The translations under genes were made by a program, and so were the position numbers. A stretch of DNA of 64,000 nucleotides from positions 143,282,001-143,346,000 of the forward strand of contig NC_042998.1 in NCBI RefSeq assembly GCF_006345805.1, read 5' to 3'. Below the pieces are notes generated by a model. It saw nothing but the letters and a program-made list of their open reading frames with translations. It made no database searches and had not been told where the DNA came from. The DNA comes from Octopus sinensis. Lineage: Eukaryota. Positions 34,986 through 48,950 of this stretch are shown here, one piece after another (positions within the stretch are counted from its first letter, which is position 1; each line of letters opens with the position of its first letter).

Positions 34986-36609
34986 TATCGTGGCAGCGCT
35001 TGTATTCTTTTTGTGCAAGGCTCTCACATTCACTTACCAAGTGGGTCACATTTTCCATACTCTTTCCATAGAGTCTGCAGTTCTGTGTGTCAAGTTTTAT
35101 AGATGTTATACTTCACTGAATTGGTAGCGAAAGCCTGGACTTGTGCAGCAATGATCCAGCTTTTGGTGGTACGCTTCAAATCACCTCACTCAAGCTGTAT
35201 TATCCTTAACGTCTTGTGAATTCCTTTCAAACTGTCCATGCATTCTAATTTCAAGAAGGTCTTCTTTTCTCTTCTCCTCAGCTCTTTGGTTAAATTCTTC
35301 CTTGCTCATCATTTCATCTGCATTTACACTCATATCTTTCGCGGCATATTGCAGCAGGTCTTCATCACAATTCATCAAATACTCGGCAAGCGTTCTCCTT
35401 TCACTCCTTATACAATGGTCTATACTAATTAGTCCTCTGCCACCATTATTTCTTTCCTTATACAGTCTGTTTACGTTTACTTTAGGGTGTAGCGCCCCAT
35501 GCAGTGTCATCAACATTCTCGTCCTTCTATCCAGTGTTGATATTTCCTCCTTAGTCCATTTGAGGATGGACGCACTATATCTGACCACCGCAACTGCCCA
35601 GATATTCATTGCGGTAATCGAAGTTTTGGTATTCAGGTTGGATTTCAACACTATCGTCACCCTTTTTTTATATGCTTCACTGACCTTGACTTTCATTTCT
35701 CTGCGTAAAATCCCTAAATATCTATATCCACTATCATCGGGTTGACCCTTGGTCTCTCCTAATGGCAACTGCAATCCTCTGCAGGCTGCTTTCTTCCCTC
35801 TTTTCATATTAAGTGCTGAGTATTTGGTAATCCCAAATTCCATACCGATGCCCCTACCACACTTCTGGACTGTTTTGGTTAAGGAATCTATCTGTTTTTC
35901 AGATTTCCCACACAATTTCAGGTCATCCATAAACAGCAGATGGTTCAATGATGGGCCTTTCTTCCCACATCAGTAACCCATCTTAACTTTCCTAAGTGTC
36001 AAATCTTAAAGGTATTGATGAAATTACAAAAAGTAACGGTGAAAACGAGTCACCTTGGAAGATACCCATTTTAATATTAACTTCTCTAAGGAATACATTA
36101 CTTGAGTACAATTTGGTTTTCCACTCTTTCCTACTATGAATCAGAAAATTTGTGATGTTGTCAGCAACACCAAACGTCTGCAGGCATTCAACGATCCAAG
36201 AATGAGGCACCATATCATATGCCTTCTTAAAGTCATTCCAAGCCATAGACATGTTTGTATGATGTTTTTTACAATGCCTCAAAACGGTTTTATCGACGAC
36301 CAGGTGATCCTTGGTGCCCTGAGAACTCTTCCTACATACTTTTTGTTCCCTTGGTAGTATTTCTTCCTGTGCCAAGAAAGTGTATGTCTTTGCCGCACAT
36401 ATTTTAGTGAGTATCTTCCAGATTATGCTTAGGCATGCTTTGGGACAGTAGTTTGCCACAATATTCCCCTTTCTTCTATCTTTCATTACAAGTATTGCCC
36501 TCCCAGTCACCATCCACGCTAGTCTTTCATGCACTGCGTGGCATCTCTTCAACCAGAATCCATGAATCCCATCTGGCCTGGGAGCTTTCCAGTTATGCAC
36601 GTTACCCAC
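34770..36609 (-). pseudogene. R4/Dong-like LINE RT and zinc-knuckle region, frameshifted
   Basis: WKAPRPDGIHGFWLK, DFKKAYDMVPHSW, GIFQGDSFSPLLF, NHLLFMDDLKL, ENVTHLVSEC..QKEYKRCHDKV and WYEHVP. The 5'-truncated end abuts (TAA)n at 36610-36688. A (TG)n tract interrupts 34900-34982. Confidence 0.9.
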
Positions 36610-36688
<79 letters not shown>

Positions 36689-37244
36689 GAGTGAGAGAGC
36701 AGTGCATGTCATCAAAGCGACACTGGGGTAAAATATACGAAGCCCAGTATATCCATCATGACTACTCATCTGATAAGGGTACACCAGGAACATGCATCAC
36801 AACCATATGTGCGCGACATGGTGATCTCATATCAAGATAAACAGTACATGACCTTGTAGGTAGGGCCCAGTTAGAATTTTCTTCAGGTCGAGTAGCAAAT
36901 TCTGCTCAAAAGGTCCCTGAATAAGGGTTGTTTAAGGATGTTGAGCGAAACACCCATGTTTCCAGAGGTGAATTATTCAGACCCCAAAAAGTCCCTCTCA
37001 ACACATGGCTATGATGCTCCCCCACTACTTCTGCTCGTGATCAGAGATGCACATATCGTCAGCCACTAAGGGACATGCTCAACTGGTTACGGTCAAACAA
37101 CTGACAAGCAAATCTGTGGTATTGAACAGAATATTTGTTGTAGCCCATCTTTTATACCAAGACAAAGCAATGTACATGATAACACTTGCAATCAGTTAAG
37201 ATCAGAAGCCATGAAAGCCACTGCCTGGTACTGCATCAGGGCAT
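36689..37244. mobile_element. Unclassified 556-bp element between (TAA)n tracts
   Basis: Sharp boundaries against microsatellite on both sides and no ORF. Single copy in this window; I recall it as an abundant octopus repeat but have not verified that. Confidence 0.55.
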
Positions 37245-37640
37245 TTATTATCATTTATTATTATTATTATTATTATTATTGTTGTTGTTGTTGTTGTTGT
37301 TATATTATTATTATTATCGCTGTTGTTGCTTTGTTTTAGCGAGCTGTCCTCCTCTAGTGACCTCCAGTAACAAGTTTGACGTTTTACTGCGGATGTTATT
37401 TACACGATTATCAATTGATGTGTTGCCAGGGAATGGAACAAATTCTGTAAAAAAAAATAATGATTCTGTAAAAATATTTGCGATTTTGAAAGAGTTTTAA
37501 AAGATCAAGATATTCCCGAGTTGACAATGCTTTGTCTTAGGATGTGGGCAGTACCCATGAGAACAATTTTTGTTGTTGTTCTGATAGTTTTGGGGCTTGT
37601 TGGTATTTGACCATATTGTTTAAGAGTGCCACTTCGTATT
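37245..37640 (-). mobile_element. R4-like LINE extreme 3' end with (TAA/CAA)n tail
   Basis: QIPTSPKT..TKIVLMGTAHILRQ resembles the ..LLGTAxILR C-terminus of R4-type ORFs. A UTR and tail follow. Confidence 0.6.
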
Positions 37641-38699
37641 ATTATTTGTCTCTTCTTCATTAAGCCCGCACGTGCCACCATTCCTATCACGAACACACGC
37701 CCCATACACTCACTCTCCCTCCCCTTTCTGTGTCCTCTCCCCATCTTTATCCACTTTCCCCACTTCCTCATCTTCCTTCACTTCCTCTTTTCCATCTTCC
37801 TCTTACTTCAACCTAAGGTTTATTGCTAATCCCTGCCTATATTAAACCATTTAAGTTGATTGACGCTTACTTAATCCATCTAATTTCCTTCAGAAGCTTT
37901 AAGCAAAACTAACACACACACATATACATTCACACATACACACACCCACACACACGCGCGCGCGCACAGACCCCCATCCAGAGGCCATATACACAATTAT
38001 ACACACACAGACATGTACGCTTGTGTATATTCGTGCATATACATATCAAGGAGTATATAGTTATTAGAATACATAGTCATGTATGCATGTGTGTATGTGT
38101 TCGTGTATGTATGTATGTATGTATGTATGTATGTATGTATGTATGTGTGAGCGTGTTTGTGTATGTGCGTGTGTTACACACACGTTATACACGTTAAAGT
38201 TAACTGCACAATATACATAGACGCTTACATAAATACATACATACAGATAAATATATACATTCATAGACACTTACACATACATACGCACATGCACATGTAC
38301 ATACATACGTACACACACATATAGTTGCATACATACACATCCATACACACATACAACCATGATAATATATAGAGATGTACACAAATACATACACATGTAC
38401 ATACATGTACGTATATACATAAATGCACACAAATACATACACACACGCATACATACGTACGTAATTCAATACTTACATCCATGTAGATGCAGATGCACAT
38501 ACATAGACATCCATCCATGCAGCATCCATCCATCCGTCCTTCCATCCATACATACATGATGATGATGGTAGTCTCCCGTAGTCCGAAAAAGATGGTTCTG
38601 CAGTTTCTTTGCTGAACAACTTGCACAGATGATTTGTTTATTGTGATCAAATGTTCTTGCGGTACATTATTTGATTCTCCCTCATCAAATTAACGTTTC

Positions 38700-38835
38700 C
38701 TGAACAAGTGAACGGTGTACCACGCGTCAGGGATCGAAGCGTTTTGCTCAAGAACACAAAACACCACCCTGTCTAGGTATTGAAACCACGATCTCAGAAT
38801 CTTGAATGCAGCACCTAAACCACTAAGCCATGCAC
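38700..38835 (-). mobile_element. SINE family S3 head
   Basis: Reverse complement reads GTGCATGGCTTAGTGGTTTAGGTGCTGC..GAGATCGTGGTTTCAATACC. Confidence 0.7.
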
Positions 38836-38945
38836 CCTCAAAACATGATCCATCCATCCATCCATCCATCCATTTTTCCCAGATTATTTCCGCAGCGAAA
38901 AGTCTTCTCTAGCCCGAATGCACTTGAGAATGACTCAAACAAGAG

Positions 38946-39300
38946 TGGTTATGTGGTAAGTAGCTTGCTTACCAACCACACGGTTACGGGTTCAGTCCCA
39001 CTGCGTGGTACCTTGGGCAAGTGTCTTCTACTATAGCCTCGAGCCGAGCAAAGCCTTCTTAATGGATTTGGTAGACGGAAACTGAAAAAAGCCCGCCGAA
39101 TATATGTGTATATATATGTTTGCATGTCTGTGTTTGCCCCCCTCCCCAACATCGCTTGACAACCAACGCTGGTGTGTTTACGTACCCGTAAGCTATCGGT
39201 TCGGCAAATCGGATCGATAGAATAAGTACTAGGCTTACAAAGAATAAGTTCTGTGGTCGATTTATATGTTTCAAAATGACTGAAACATATAAAAGAAAAG
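38946..39300 (+). mobile_element. SINE family S1
   Basis: GGTTATGTGGTAAGTAGCTTGCTTACCAACCACACGGTTACGGGTTCAGTCCCACTGCGTGG plus 3' domain. Confidence 0.9.
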
Positions 39301-39312
39301 AAAGAAAAACAA

Positions 39313-39374
<62 letters not shown>

Positions 39375-39377
<3 letters not shown>

Positions 39378-39530
39378 ATCCAAACAAGAAAACACAAAAA
39401 AACAAACAAAAAACACAGCAACGCGAGGACGTGGAATAAATAAAGTATTATTGGACACTCAGGAAAGAAGGGAAGAAGGAGGGTTAACGTTTCGAGCGGA
39501 GTTCTTCGTCGGAAACATAGGAGAAGGAAA
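39375..39530 (-). mobile_element. Diverged family X element with hammerhead-like motif at 39483-39516
   Basis: GUUU-CCGACGA-A-GAAC(UCC)GCUC-GAAA-CG-UU-AACC, followed by TTCCTGAG as in the 54 kb copy. Abuts (TA)n. Confidence 0.5.
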
Positions 39531-39538
39531 GATCCCGA

Positions 39539-39645
<107 letters not shown>

Positions 39646-39653
39646 TAGATAGG

Positions 39654-39717
<64 letters not shown>

Positions 39718-40387
39718 TATGTGAGTATATGTATGCATTGAATAAAGGAAAACTATGCGGAAACCTGTCGAATGAATTGTACTATAAATTCAGCGTATCA
39801 GATCGGTCAAAATTTTGTCTCCACTGACTGATGATTACATTTGCTATACGCATGTCTGTGGAATACACACCCACTTACTCATGAGCAGCTATTACGGTCG
39901 ATCGAACTACTGAATCCTCGTCGTAGAACGACGGAGGATCCGCCATTGAAGTTTTATACACAGCTTTGCTACCAACATGTGTGTAAAACACATCTTTAGT
40001 CGTATACATATCAATGAGACATGGTAATTAACAGTATTAATTAATGGAATAATACAAGCACCTCCAGCATCACAACTAGCATCATCAACCTGATCACACT
40101 ATTGTTGGGATCCAAATCATCATCGTCATCATCATCATCACAAATATGTTCTTTTATTCACACAACTACCACCACCACCAACGCCACCACCTCCAACACT
40201 GAAACCGCTGCCACCGCCGCCGCCGCCACCACCAGCACCCCCAGCAGCAGCACCAGCACCAGCACCAGCACCAGCACCAGCACCAGCACCAGCACCAGCA
40301 CCACCACTGCCACTGCCACTACTACCAATTCCAATTGCAACAATAAACAATTACCAATATTAAGCCTAGCAACCACAACCCCCAACT

Positions 40388-40447
<60 letters not shown>

Positions 40448-41066
40448 AGTACCATCTCCTCCAGCTATACATAAACCATCCCCCCGCTACTATTATTAAC
40501 GTCAAAACAGCCCCCACCATCCCCGCCATAAAGTTGGACAATGCATCAATTAATCATTAATTATGAACTCACACACGCGCACACATAGATACACACACAC
40601 GCTCACACACAGATACAAGCACACACACACAAATACAAGCACACACCTACGCCTACACTCACACGCACACTCATATACACAGACGCACTCATGCACGCAT
40701 ACATAAAGCGGTTGACAGGTTCAAGCACTTACACGAGTGTGTTGTACTGAAATACATACACACACATGCACACACACATACACACATTCATGTATATATA
40801 CATATATATATGTGTATATATGTATACTTATATTGCATGTATATATATATAATGTATATACACATACATATATATATAGATATATATTTGTATGCTTATA
40901 TGTGTGTGTGTCTACATACGTACGCGCACAAATACAAACATAATTTCCAACATTTAAACACGAAGACACGTTCTGGCATAAATACACAAATACATACAAG
41001 CACGCACAATTACGCATTCACAAACACATATACATGCGTACACACACAGACACAAGCACAGACACA

Positions 41067-41126
<60 letters not shown>

Positions 41127-41235
41127 TACACACACACATACACATTCATTCATACATACACGCAGAGATATACGTAAATACACTGACACCCACTGATCTC
41201 CCCTTACACACAACTACAGCCATACACATACCTTC

Positions 41236-41276
<41 letters not shown>

Positions 41277-41361
41277 GATATATATATATATATATATATA
41301 ATATATTATATATATATATTATATATATATTATATATATTATATATATATATACATATACA

Positions 41362-41392
<31 letters not shown>

Positions 41393-41538
41393 ATGTATAT
41401 ATATGTACATATATGTATATATATACATATATATATGTATATATATGTATATGTATATGTGTATATATATATGTATATACATGTATATATGTGTGTGTTC
41501 ATATATATATATAATATATATATATGCTATATATATAC

Positions 41539-41604
<66 letters not shown>

Positions 41605-41606
41605 AT

Positions 41607-41660
<54 letters not shown>

Positions 41661-42419
41661 GATAGAGAAAGAGAAAAGAGAGAAAAGCTGAGAAAGAGTT
41701 AGAGAGGTGTGGAAGAAAGAGGATGGTATTTGGGATTTTCAATGTATTCGTTAGTAACTATAAGTAATCGCGGACCGTGATGTTGCTGGTTGTGCATTGT
41801 CTGTGGAGTGTAACTGTAGCTTAGGCTGGTACGCAGTGCTTTTCACAGTCTCTCCTGAAGCAAATAATCTGTTGAGATATTTATTCCACTTCGTATAGTC
41901 ACTTATAAAAAAAGCATCATATTCAATATATTATCAACTATTTGCTTCTGTTTAGAATCTAATTGACAACAACAAACCGTGGTATATAAAGGGAAAATTC
42001 AAAACAAATATGTACTGAAGAACTAGTTGTGTATGTACTTTAATTTCAAAGATTCTGTAGCAGGTATTGTAAACAAAAAACTGTGTGGTTTCTTTTCGAT
42101 AAAGAATTTAGGAATTACTCAAGATCAAGAAATTCTGAATATGTTCAAAATGAGACTAGAGCCGTAGAAAATATGAAAATGTAGAAAATATGAGATTGTA
42201 GAAAATCGTACTTCATAGCGGCGATAATACAGAATAGTAATTGAAGATAGAGAGCAGGAAAATAAATAACAGCCACAAATACATCAAGACAGATGATTGA
42301 AAACAATGATTTAAGATACCATAAAGAAGTGAAATGCTGTCATTCGAAAGCGAGTTTGATTTTGTAAAATGTATCATGATTACGTGAATTGTTTAAGTGT
42401 CGCTGTGGTCGCGAACAGA

Positions 42420-42735
42420 CGTAAATACCCTATAGGCCTTTCTCGACATAAACACTCTCTTGGTCTTTCTACAAAATCCAGGATGTGATAGCTGACTGGA
42501 GGAAAAGAGAGGGCTGCACTTGTACTGAGCTGGTACGGAGTTGAATGGAACGGAATGGAATACGTGCCTTGTTCAAGGACAGTGCAGCACTCGGTACACG
42601 ATGTAACGACTGGAGGGAAAACTGCTTCAGGTCTGAGCTGATACTCATTTGCAGTTGGGTAGAGTGGAGTAGCAGAAAATGAATCGAGCTAGCGATGGTC
42701 GTGAGCCGAGCACCTCTAACCACTAGGCCACACGT
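42420..42735 (-). mobile_element. SINE family S3, diverged, with an (ATGGA)n stretch
   Basis: Reverse-complement head GTGGCCTAGTGGTTAGAGGTGCTCGGCTCACGACC. Confidence 0.65.
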
Positions 42736-44094
42736 CATCCTGTAAGGGAGCATAAAGAAATAAACGAAACATCCAAATATGGGAAACATAGAAAAAAATT
42801 AAAAAACCTCCTAATACACAATAGAACATAAACAAGCTTGTAATTTTATTGGACTCTGATGCAATAAATTTCAAAATATCTGGATGTAGTGTGAAATATC
42901 AAACATTTCCAATACAAAGTGATAAAATATTTAAAATGAATTTAAACAGAAACAAATCAAGTTAAAGTTAAAATGACAACTACGAGTGGAAGTCAAAATA
43001 CGTCTAACTTCACTTTTAATAGAAACAAAGCATGTACGAGGTGACTAAATGAAATAACGACTAAATGGAATAAGAGCTTAACTACAAAATATTTGTCTCA
43101 GTAATTCATTTCCATGACTGAATGAATGACGTGTCATATCTTTTAGCGAGGCTTTGTCATTTACTGATGTCCTGGGTATGATTTTAAACTACATCCGGTA
43201 GTGGGGCTATGATTTAGAAAATCTAAGGTTTTGATGAGTGTTAAACCACCGCTTAGGCCCTATAGTTCTCAGGCCTATTTTGAAGTCCTAACACCTGTCA
43301 GGGTCCCAGGTATAAGTTAATTTGTAAGTCACGGAGCTACCCCCAGAATAAGGTCACTCACAGGCACGTCAACGAACCTAAGGAAGACAAGGCCCTCATC
43401 TTGTAACTCCATACAAATCTTGCATCCTGATAACTACTAGGATTGTGGCACTTGCTGCACCTGACTAATACAAGTTTAAAGTAAGAGAGGGTGGAACTGG
43501 CTCTGCACAAATCATGCCCACTATTAAACTTTCATCTTGCAGTTTGTTCAACAAACCAAGATGCCAGAATCAACACCACAATTATCACACTTTCTTCATA
43601 AGTCCAGTAGTGATACAACAAAATATTGAACTAAGAACACTGTACAACTGTCTCTTGCCGAACTCTCATTCGTCGAAACGACGAGAAAGTCATCATCATC
43701 AATTTACTTGGTTACTGTACTAAGTTTTCTCATGATAATTCTTGAATGTTCTTTCTAGAGGAAATGATACTAGATTCCTGAACATGTATTGTGTATAAAA
43801 CATACGAAGCTGTGAAGGAGAATGATATTTTTTTTTGTCACAGTACTCCAGCCTACTTAACTGTAATGAGGACCAGCTGATTGCTGTGCAACCCTCTTTT
43901 CCCTTTGAGCAGTCAGCTGGAGCAAGGGTAATGGACAAATAGAGCACGTACGGCTACCTGTAACTGCACAGGCACCTAAAAAATTAGCGAAAGTATGGTA
44001 CATGGTACCAAGTCATATTTATTCGCGACTGACATGACTGTACTATATAATAGTTTCTAATTTAGGTACCAACTAATTTTTTGTTTGATACTTT

Positions 44095-44222
44095 TCAGCT
44101 GAATTGACTGGAAGTGAAATAATGTGCCTTACTGAAGGACACAACTGAATGCCCGGTCCGGGAATCGAACCAACGATCTTATGATCGTGAACCCAACACG
44201 CTAACAACTAGAACACTCGCAC
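44095..44222 (-). mobile_element. SINE family S3 head
   Basis: CCCGGTCCGGGAATCGAACCAACGATCTTATGATCGTGAACCCAACACGCTAAC. Confidence 0.7.
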
Positions 44223-44903
44223 CTATATATCGTATCTGCTCCCGCTCAAACAAGAATCATTACATTTGTAACAATAACCAAATATACAAAGACTATCGCA
44301 GATGTAGTTATAGAGATTAAATGTCTTTACAAAGGACAACAGAAATATGAAAATATTAAACAATCGTTGTTGTGTAATGAAATGATAATGTTAGACTATA
44401 TGTAATATTAGGCAATCATTGTTGTTGCATAATGAAAGTGATAATTATGTAGTAGTAATTAACATAATAGGGGAGGAATATATTAACCAGTCCAGATGAC
44501 TGATAGAGACAAGATGGCTAATATGATGTTCCTGTTCATACTGATATTGTATGTGTGTGAAAATATGTGTGTGTTTATGATTGAATGTGTGTGTATATGT
44601 ATGTGTGTGCGCGCTTGTACATTGTATATATGTATAAATGTACATATATACATATATAGGTATGAATATATGTAAATATGTGGTTATGTAAATATGTTTG
44701 TATATATTATCTATGCAAGTGAATAATATTTATAACACCTCCTATTCATATTTCTCTCACTTTGTATGTGCATGCTTGTGTATGTGCGCATGTATGGAGT
44801 ATATATTTGATGAGATGGATGCGTGGTACGCGCCACGGAACTGAGTCAAACTCTAATAAAAAATATATGTAATTATTACCAAATGTGTTGAGCGCCATTT
44901 TCG

Positions 44904-44990
<87 letters not shown>

Positions 44991-45003
44991 ATATCTATCT
45001 ATA

Positions 45004-45037
<34 letters not shown>

Positions 45038-45186
45038 CATGTATACATTTATACACTTGTGTAAGGCATTATATCCTTTATATCATAACCCTTTCTATGT
45101 ATATTATATATACATATACATATAAGTAGACAGACAGACAGATTGATAGAGATATATACGCACACACACACACATACACACACGCA

Positions 45187-47222
45187 TTATTTTTTCTCGC
45201 CAAAACTAATGCTACGTGGGCAAAATCCTTTGGGTGGGAGGTGAGGCCACCCTTTCTGCGTTTCGTGAAAACTTTCGAGCCGGTAGGCTGCGTCATTTCC
45301 CGGCTGTTACGCCTAGAGTACAGACGTGTAGCACAGGCACGTCGGATTTTCGTTTTCATGCAAAATGACCGAACGCAACGAGCAGAGACCATAAACCCAT
45401 GTCGCATCACCAGTGATGATGGTTTTCATGAAGTTTGGGTTGTATTAGGTTGTCCGGAATACTCTGAGCTTTTAGCGCTTCATTGAACACACCCGAAACA
45501 TAATATAATTAAAACTTTAGCGTTGCTTGAGGTGGCAGTGCATTTCTTCTTTGTTCTTGACTAGAAATAGATGTATCTTTCATTCCGGTTACCCTTTATT
45601 GACATTTGAAATGGATAACCAAAAATATCATATTCGCATTGTTATGCTTTTCCTTTTTTAAAAAGGAGAAAATGCAGCGAAGACTTGCAAAAATATTTGT
45701 GAAGTTTATGGTGATGATGCTCCTGGTGATCTACAAAATTTAAAGCTTGAGAGCATAGCTTGGAAATTGACAGTCGCAGTGGAAGACCTTCACAATTAGA
45801 TGAAGATGTTTTGAAGGCAAAAATCGAAGAAATCTGAAGTACCACGACTAGAAAACTTTCAGAGGAGTTGGAAGTTTGTAAAAGTACGGCTCATGAAGAC
45901 CTATTTTACGCTATAATGTATGGGTCTTTCACAAACTCTTAGAAAAGAATTGCTTGGACCAGTATTTCGTTTGTGATATGCTTTTGAAATGGAATGAAAA
46001 CATGCCTTTTTTGAAACTTGTGACTGGAGATGAAAAATGGATTGTGTACGAAAACGTAGTGCAAAAAAGATCCTGGAATTTGCGTAAGGATCCCCCCAAA
46101 CAGCAACAAAAGACAAATATTCGTGCCAAAAAAGCTATGCTTTGTGTTTAGTAGGATCATAAAGGCAGACCATTAATTATGATGTATGATGTCAGCTGGC
46201 TAATTTGAATAAATAAATCAAAGAATTGAGGCCGAAGATTGCCAACAGGAAAGGGGGTAGTGCTTCAACAAGACAATGCCCGACCACACGTGTCTTTGGC
46301 TACCCGAACAAAGTTATATGAACTTGGTTGATATTCTCCTGATATTGCGCCATCCAACTACCACTTATTTTTCTCTCTAAAGAACTCATTGTAAGGAAAA
46401 ACATTTAACGATTTAGATGGAGTCAAAATACATCTAGATACAGAGAGTGTATCACATAACAAATTTTATGCTGATGGAATATTTAAATTGCCTGATAAAT
46501 GAGCAAAGGTCATTAATAATAATGGAAATTATTTCATTGAATAAAAGTTATTGAAATGTTAATTATTTATATCCCTTTTTGCATATAAAAAGAAATTTCA
46601 GAACTTTCCAGACAACCTAATGGTTTGCACAGTCCGGCATGTCCTGAGCAAATTCCATGTGGAATTGCTTCTGCTTCTCCGCCAGCATCTTGAGATTAAC
46701 TTTCGCCGACATTCTCTGTATGCACAAATCCTCCATTAAAATGGAATGGACAGATCCTGTACTTATTCCACTTCGCGAAAAATTTCCTAGACTGTTTCAT
46801 GACTATTCACCAAACCTCAATCAGCTCCTCGTTTCGGTTTGTGGATGGCCTGCTTGAGCGTGTTTGGCCCCCCACTGAGGTACAGCCATGTTTGAAGTGG
46901 TTGTACCACTCCTCGACCTTTTGTCCATAACACCATCGCCAAAAGCCTTCTGAATCTTCTGGATGGTTTGAACTAGAGTATCGTCAAGCTTTGGGCAAAA
47001 CTTAATGCAATATCTGCTTGATGAAAATGAAAATCCAAAGAGCTCGCACTACACGTCTGTACTCTGGGCACGACAGCCGGGAACTGTCGCAGCCTACCAG
47101 CGCGAAAATTTTCTCACGTGCGTGAGAAGTGTGGTGTTACTTTCCATTCAAAGAGTTTAACCCACGTGGCATTAGTTTTGGCGGTAAAAAATAAAGTCGG
47201 ATACGTTTTGAACACACCTCGT
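45187..47222 (-). mobile_element. Mariner remnant B, interrupted by mariner A
   Basis: Minus strand gives CIKFCPKL..TIQKIQKAFGD and ..DMPDCAN at 46621-47222, resuming as NPNFMKTIITGDATWVYG at 45390-45442. An inverted copy of its own 5' region lies at 45187-45390. Confidence 0.7.
45445..46620 (+). mobile_element. Mariner A (DD34D-type), both TIRs present, transposase decayed
   Basis: TIRs TTAGGTTGTCCGGAA and TTCCAGACAACCTAA with TA/TG flanks. Motifs MDNQKYHIRIVMLF, LVTGDEKW, QQDNARPH and YSPDIAPSNYHLF. Confidence 0.9.
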
Positions 47223-47512
47223 ATGTATATTTCATCTTTAAGGTTTTTCAGTGAGAAATCTATTGCTGTGCATTTGCCAAGTAGTGTATGATAAAGATTA
47301 TGTAACCCACCACATAGCATATCAATTGATTTTATAGAGGAAAGTATTATTGGCACTGGATCTAAAAGAATTTTAGGAATATTTTCCGATAAAGAATTCA
47401 TTATTTCCATATGATTCATGATGCATTATATCATTTTTTCTCAAACATATATACATATGTGTGTATGTGTGTGTATATGTATATATATGTATATATATAT
47501 AAATGTATATAT

Positions 47513-47604
<92 letters not shown>

Positions 47605-48587
47605 GTGTAAGTATGTGTGGAGAGAGAGAGAGCGAGAGGGATTGAAAAAGAGAGATGTATAGATAGATAGATTAATAGAGAGCTAACTAGCAAACAAACT
47701 GGCTAGATATACATAATATATATATGTGTGTATATAATATATATATATATACATATATATGTATGTATATATATAATATATATACACATATATATATATA
47801 TTTATATATATATATATATATATATATAGGCATACATATGTGTGTATATGGATATATATATATACATACAGATATATGTATATGTTTGTACGCATGAATG
47901 TATATATGCATGTGTGCGCGCGCGTTTTTAGATGTATGACTAATGAGTATGTAAAAGATACTCGTATTTTTTTTATCACTATTTCAATTATTAATTTAGT
48001 TTTGTTTGGGTTCCAAACAAATATTTTGCAAGAAAGCGTGAACCAATTTTGCTAGAAAACCGCAATAGCCAACTTCTAGAGAGAATGAATCTGTAAGTGG
48101 TGATATTTGGTTCTCTTCAGTTGGCAAGAAATATCAAGTCTGACCTCCTACAGTATTGTGAGTTCAGCCACGATGAATTTATGTCGAACTGACTATGTTG
48201 TAAGTTAATTGTCCACTATCCTTCTTACAGTCTAATATAGCGGGCAGAGTCCAAACTACCGACTTATCGATTTGACCTCCGCAAAAACCTGTGGTTTCCT
48301 GAGAAACACCTCGCTTCCCAATATTTCTTTCTGTTTACATAGTTTCTTTTACGTGTTTCAGTCACTGAAATGCATCCGTGCTGGGGTACCACATTGAAGG
48401 GTTTAGTCGATCCCAGTATTTATTTCTTTATGTCTCGTACTCCTACCATCGTCTTCCTTTCTGCGGAACTGCTCTGTTACTGCAACGTAAACAAACCATC
48501 ATCGATTGCCAAGTGGTGGTGAATAAACATGACGCAAACATGCCCGTATGCGCGCACGCACCGGTACGCGCGCGCGCACACGCAAAC

Positions 48588-48950
48588 ACAAGCAGGGTAG
48601 TCCGTCGTTGCTGGGTAATTTTCACAATAGAATGCCTTTATTTCAATGTTTTCTTATTCCATGTCACACAATGTCTTCCCTGATGGATAGGTCTCTTGAT
48701 CAGGGCGGATTTTTTGCATTATTTGAGACAATCTATAATGTCACGATGAACGGAGTTTTTGGCTTTTCGATTTGTTGGACAGGTATAAAGATTTTTCTCA
48801 CATCCTACTCTTGAACAGCCAACGTAAAGCTGAACATAGCTGAAGCAGGTCTCTTCAAGGTGTAAATCGGCAACAAAAGTGTGTCTATCCTTGCGATTTG
48901 TTGGTCATGGCAAGACTAAGACTCACTGGAAATTGAAGTCGTTTGAATTG
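48588..48950 (-). mobile_element. Helitron Pif1-helicase C-terminal remnant and probable 3' end
   Basis: QFKRLQFPVSLSLAMT.NKSQG, CFSYVQLYVGCSRVG and KNSVH. Downstream CCCAGCAACGACGG..CTGCTTG resembles a decayed hairpin plus CTAG end. Confidence 0.75.

Noticed and set aside
40102-40560. 152-aa Thr/Ser-rich ORF
   Set aside because: Made of (CAT)n, (CAC)n, (AGCACC)n and (CTA)n repeats, with no ATG or splice support.
43260-43720. RT-like words on the minus strand (DDFLVVS, WHLGLLNKL, NRPENYR)
   Set aside because: They occur in different frames and in the wrong order for an RT, so they cannot be assembled into an element.
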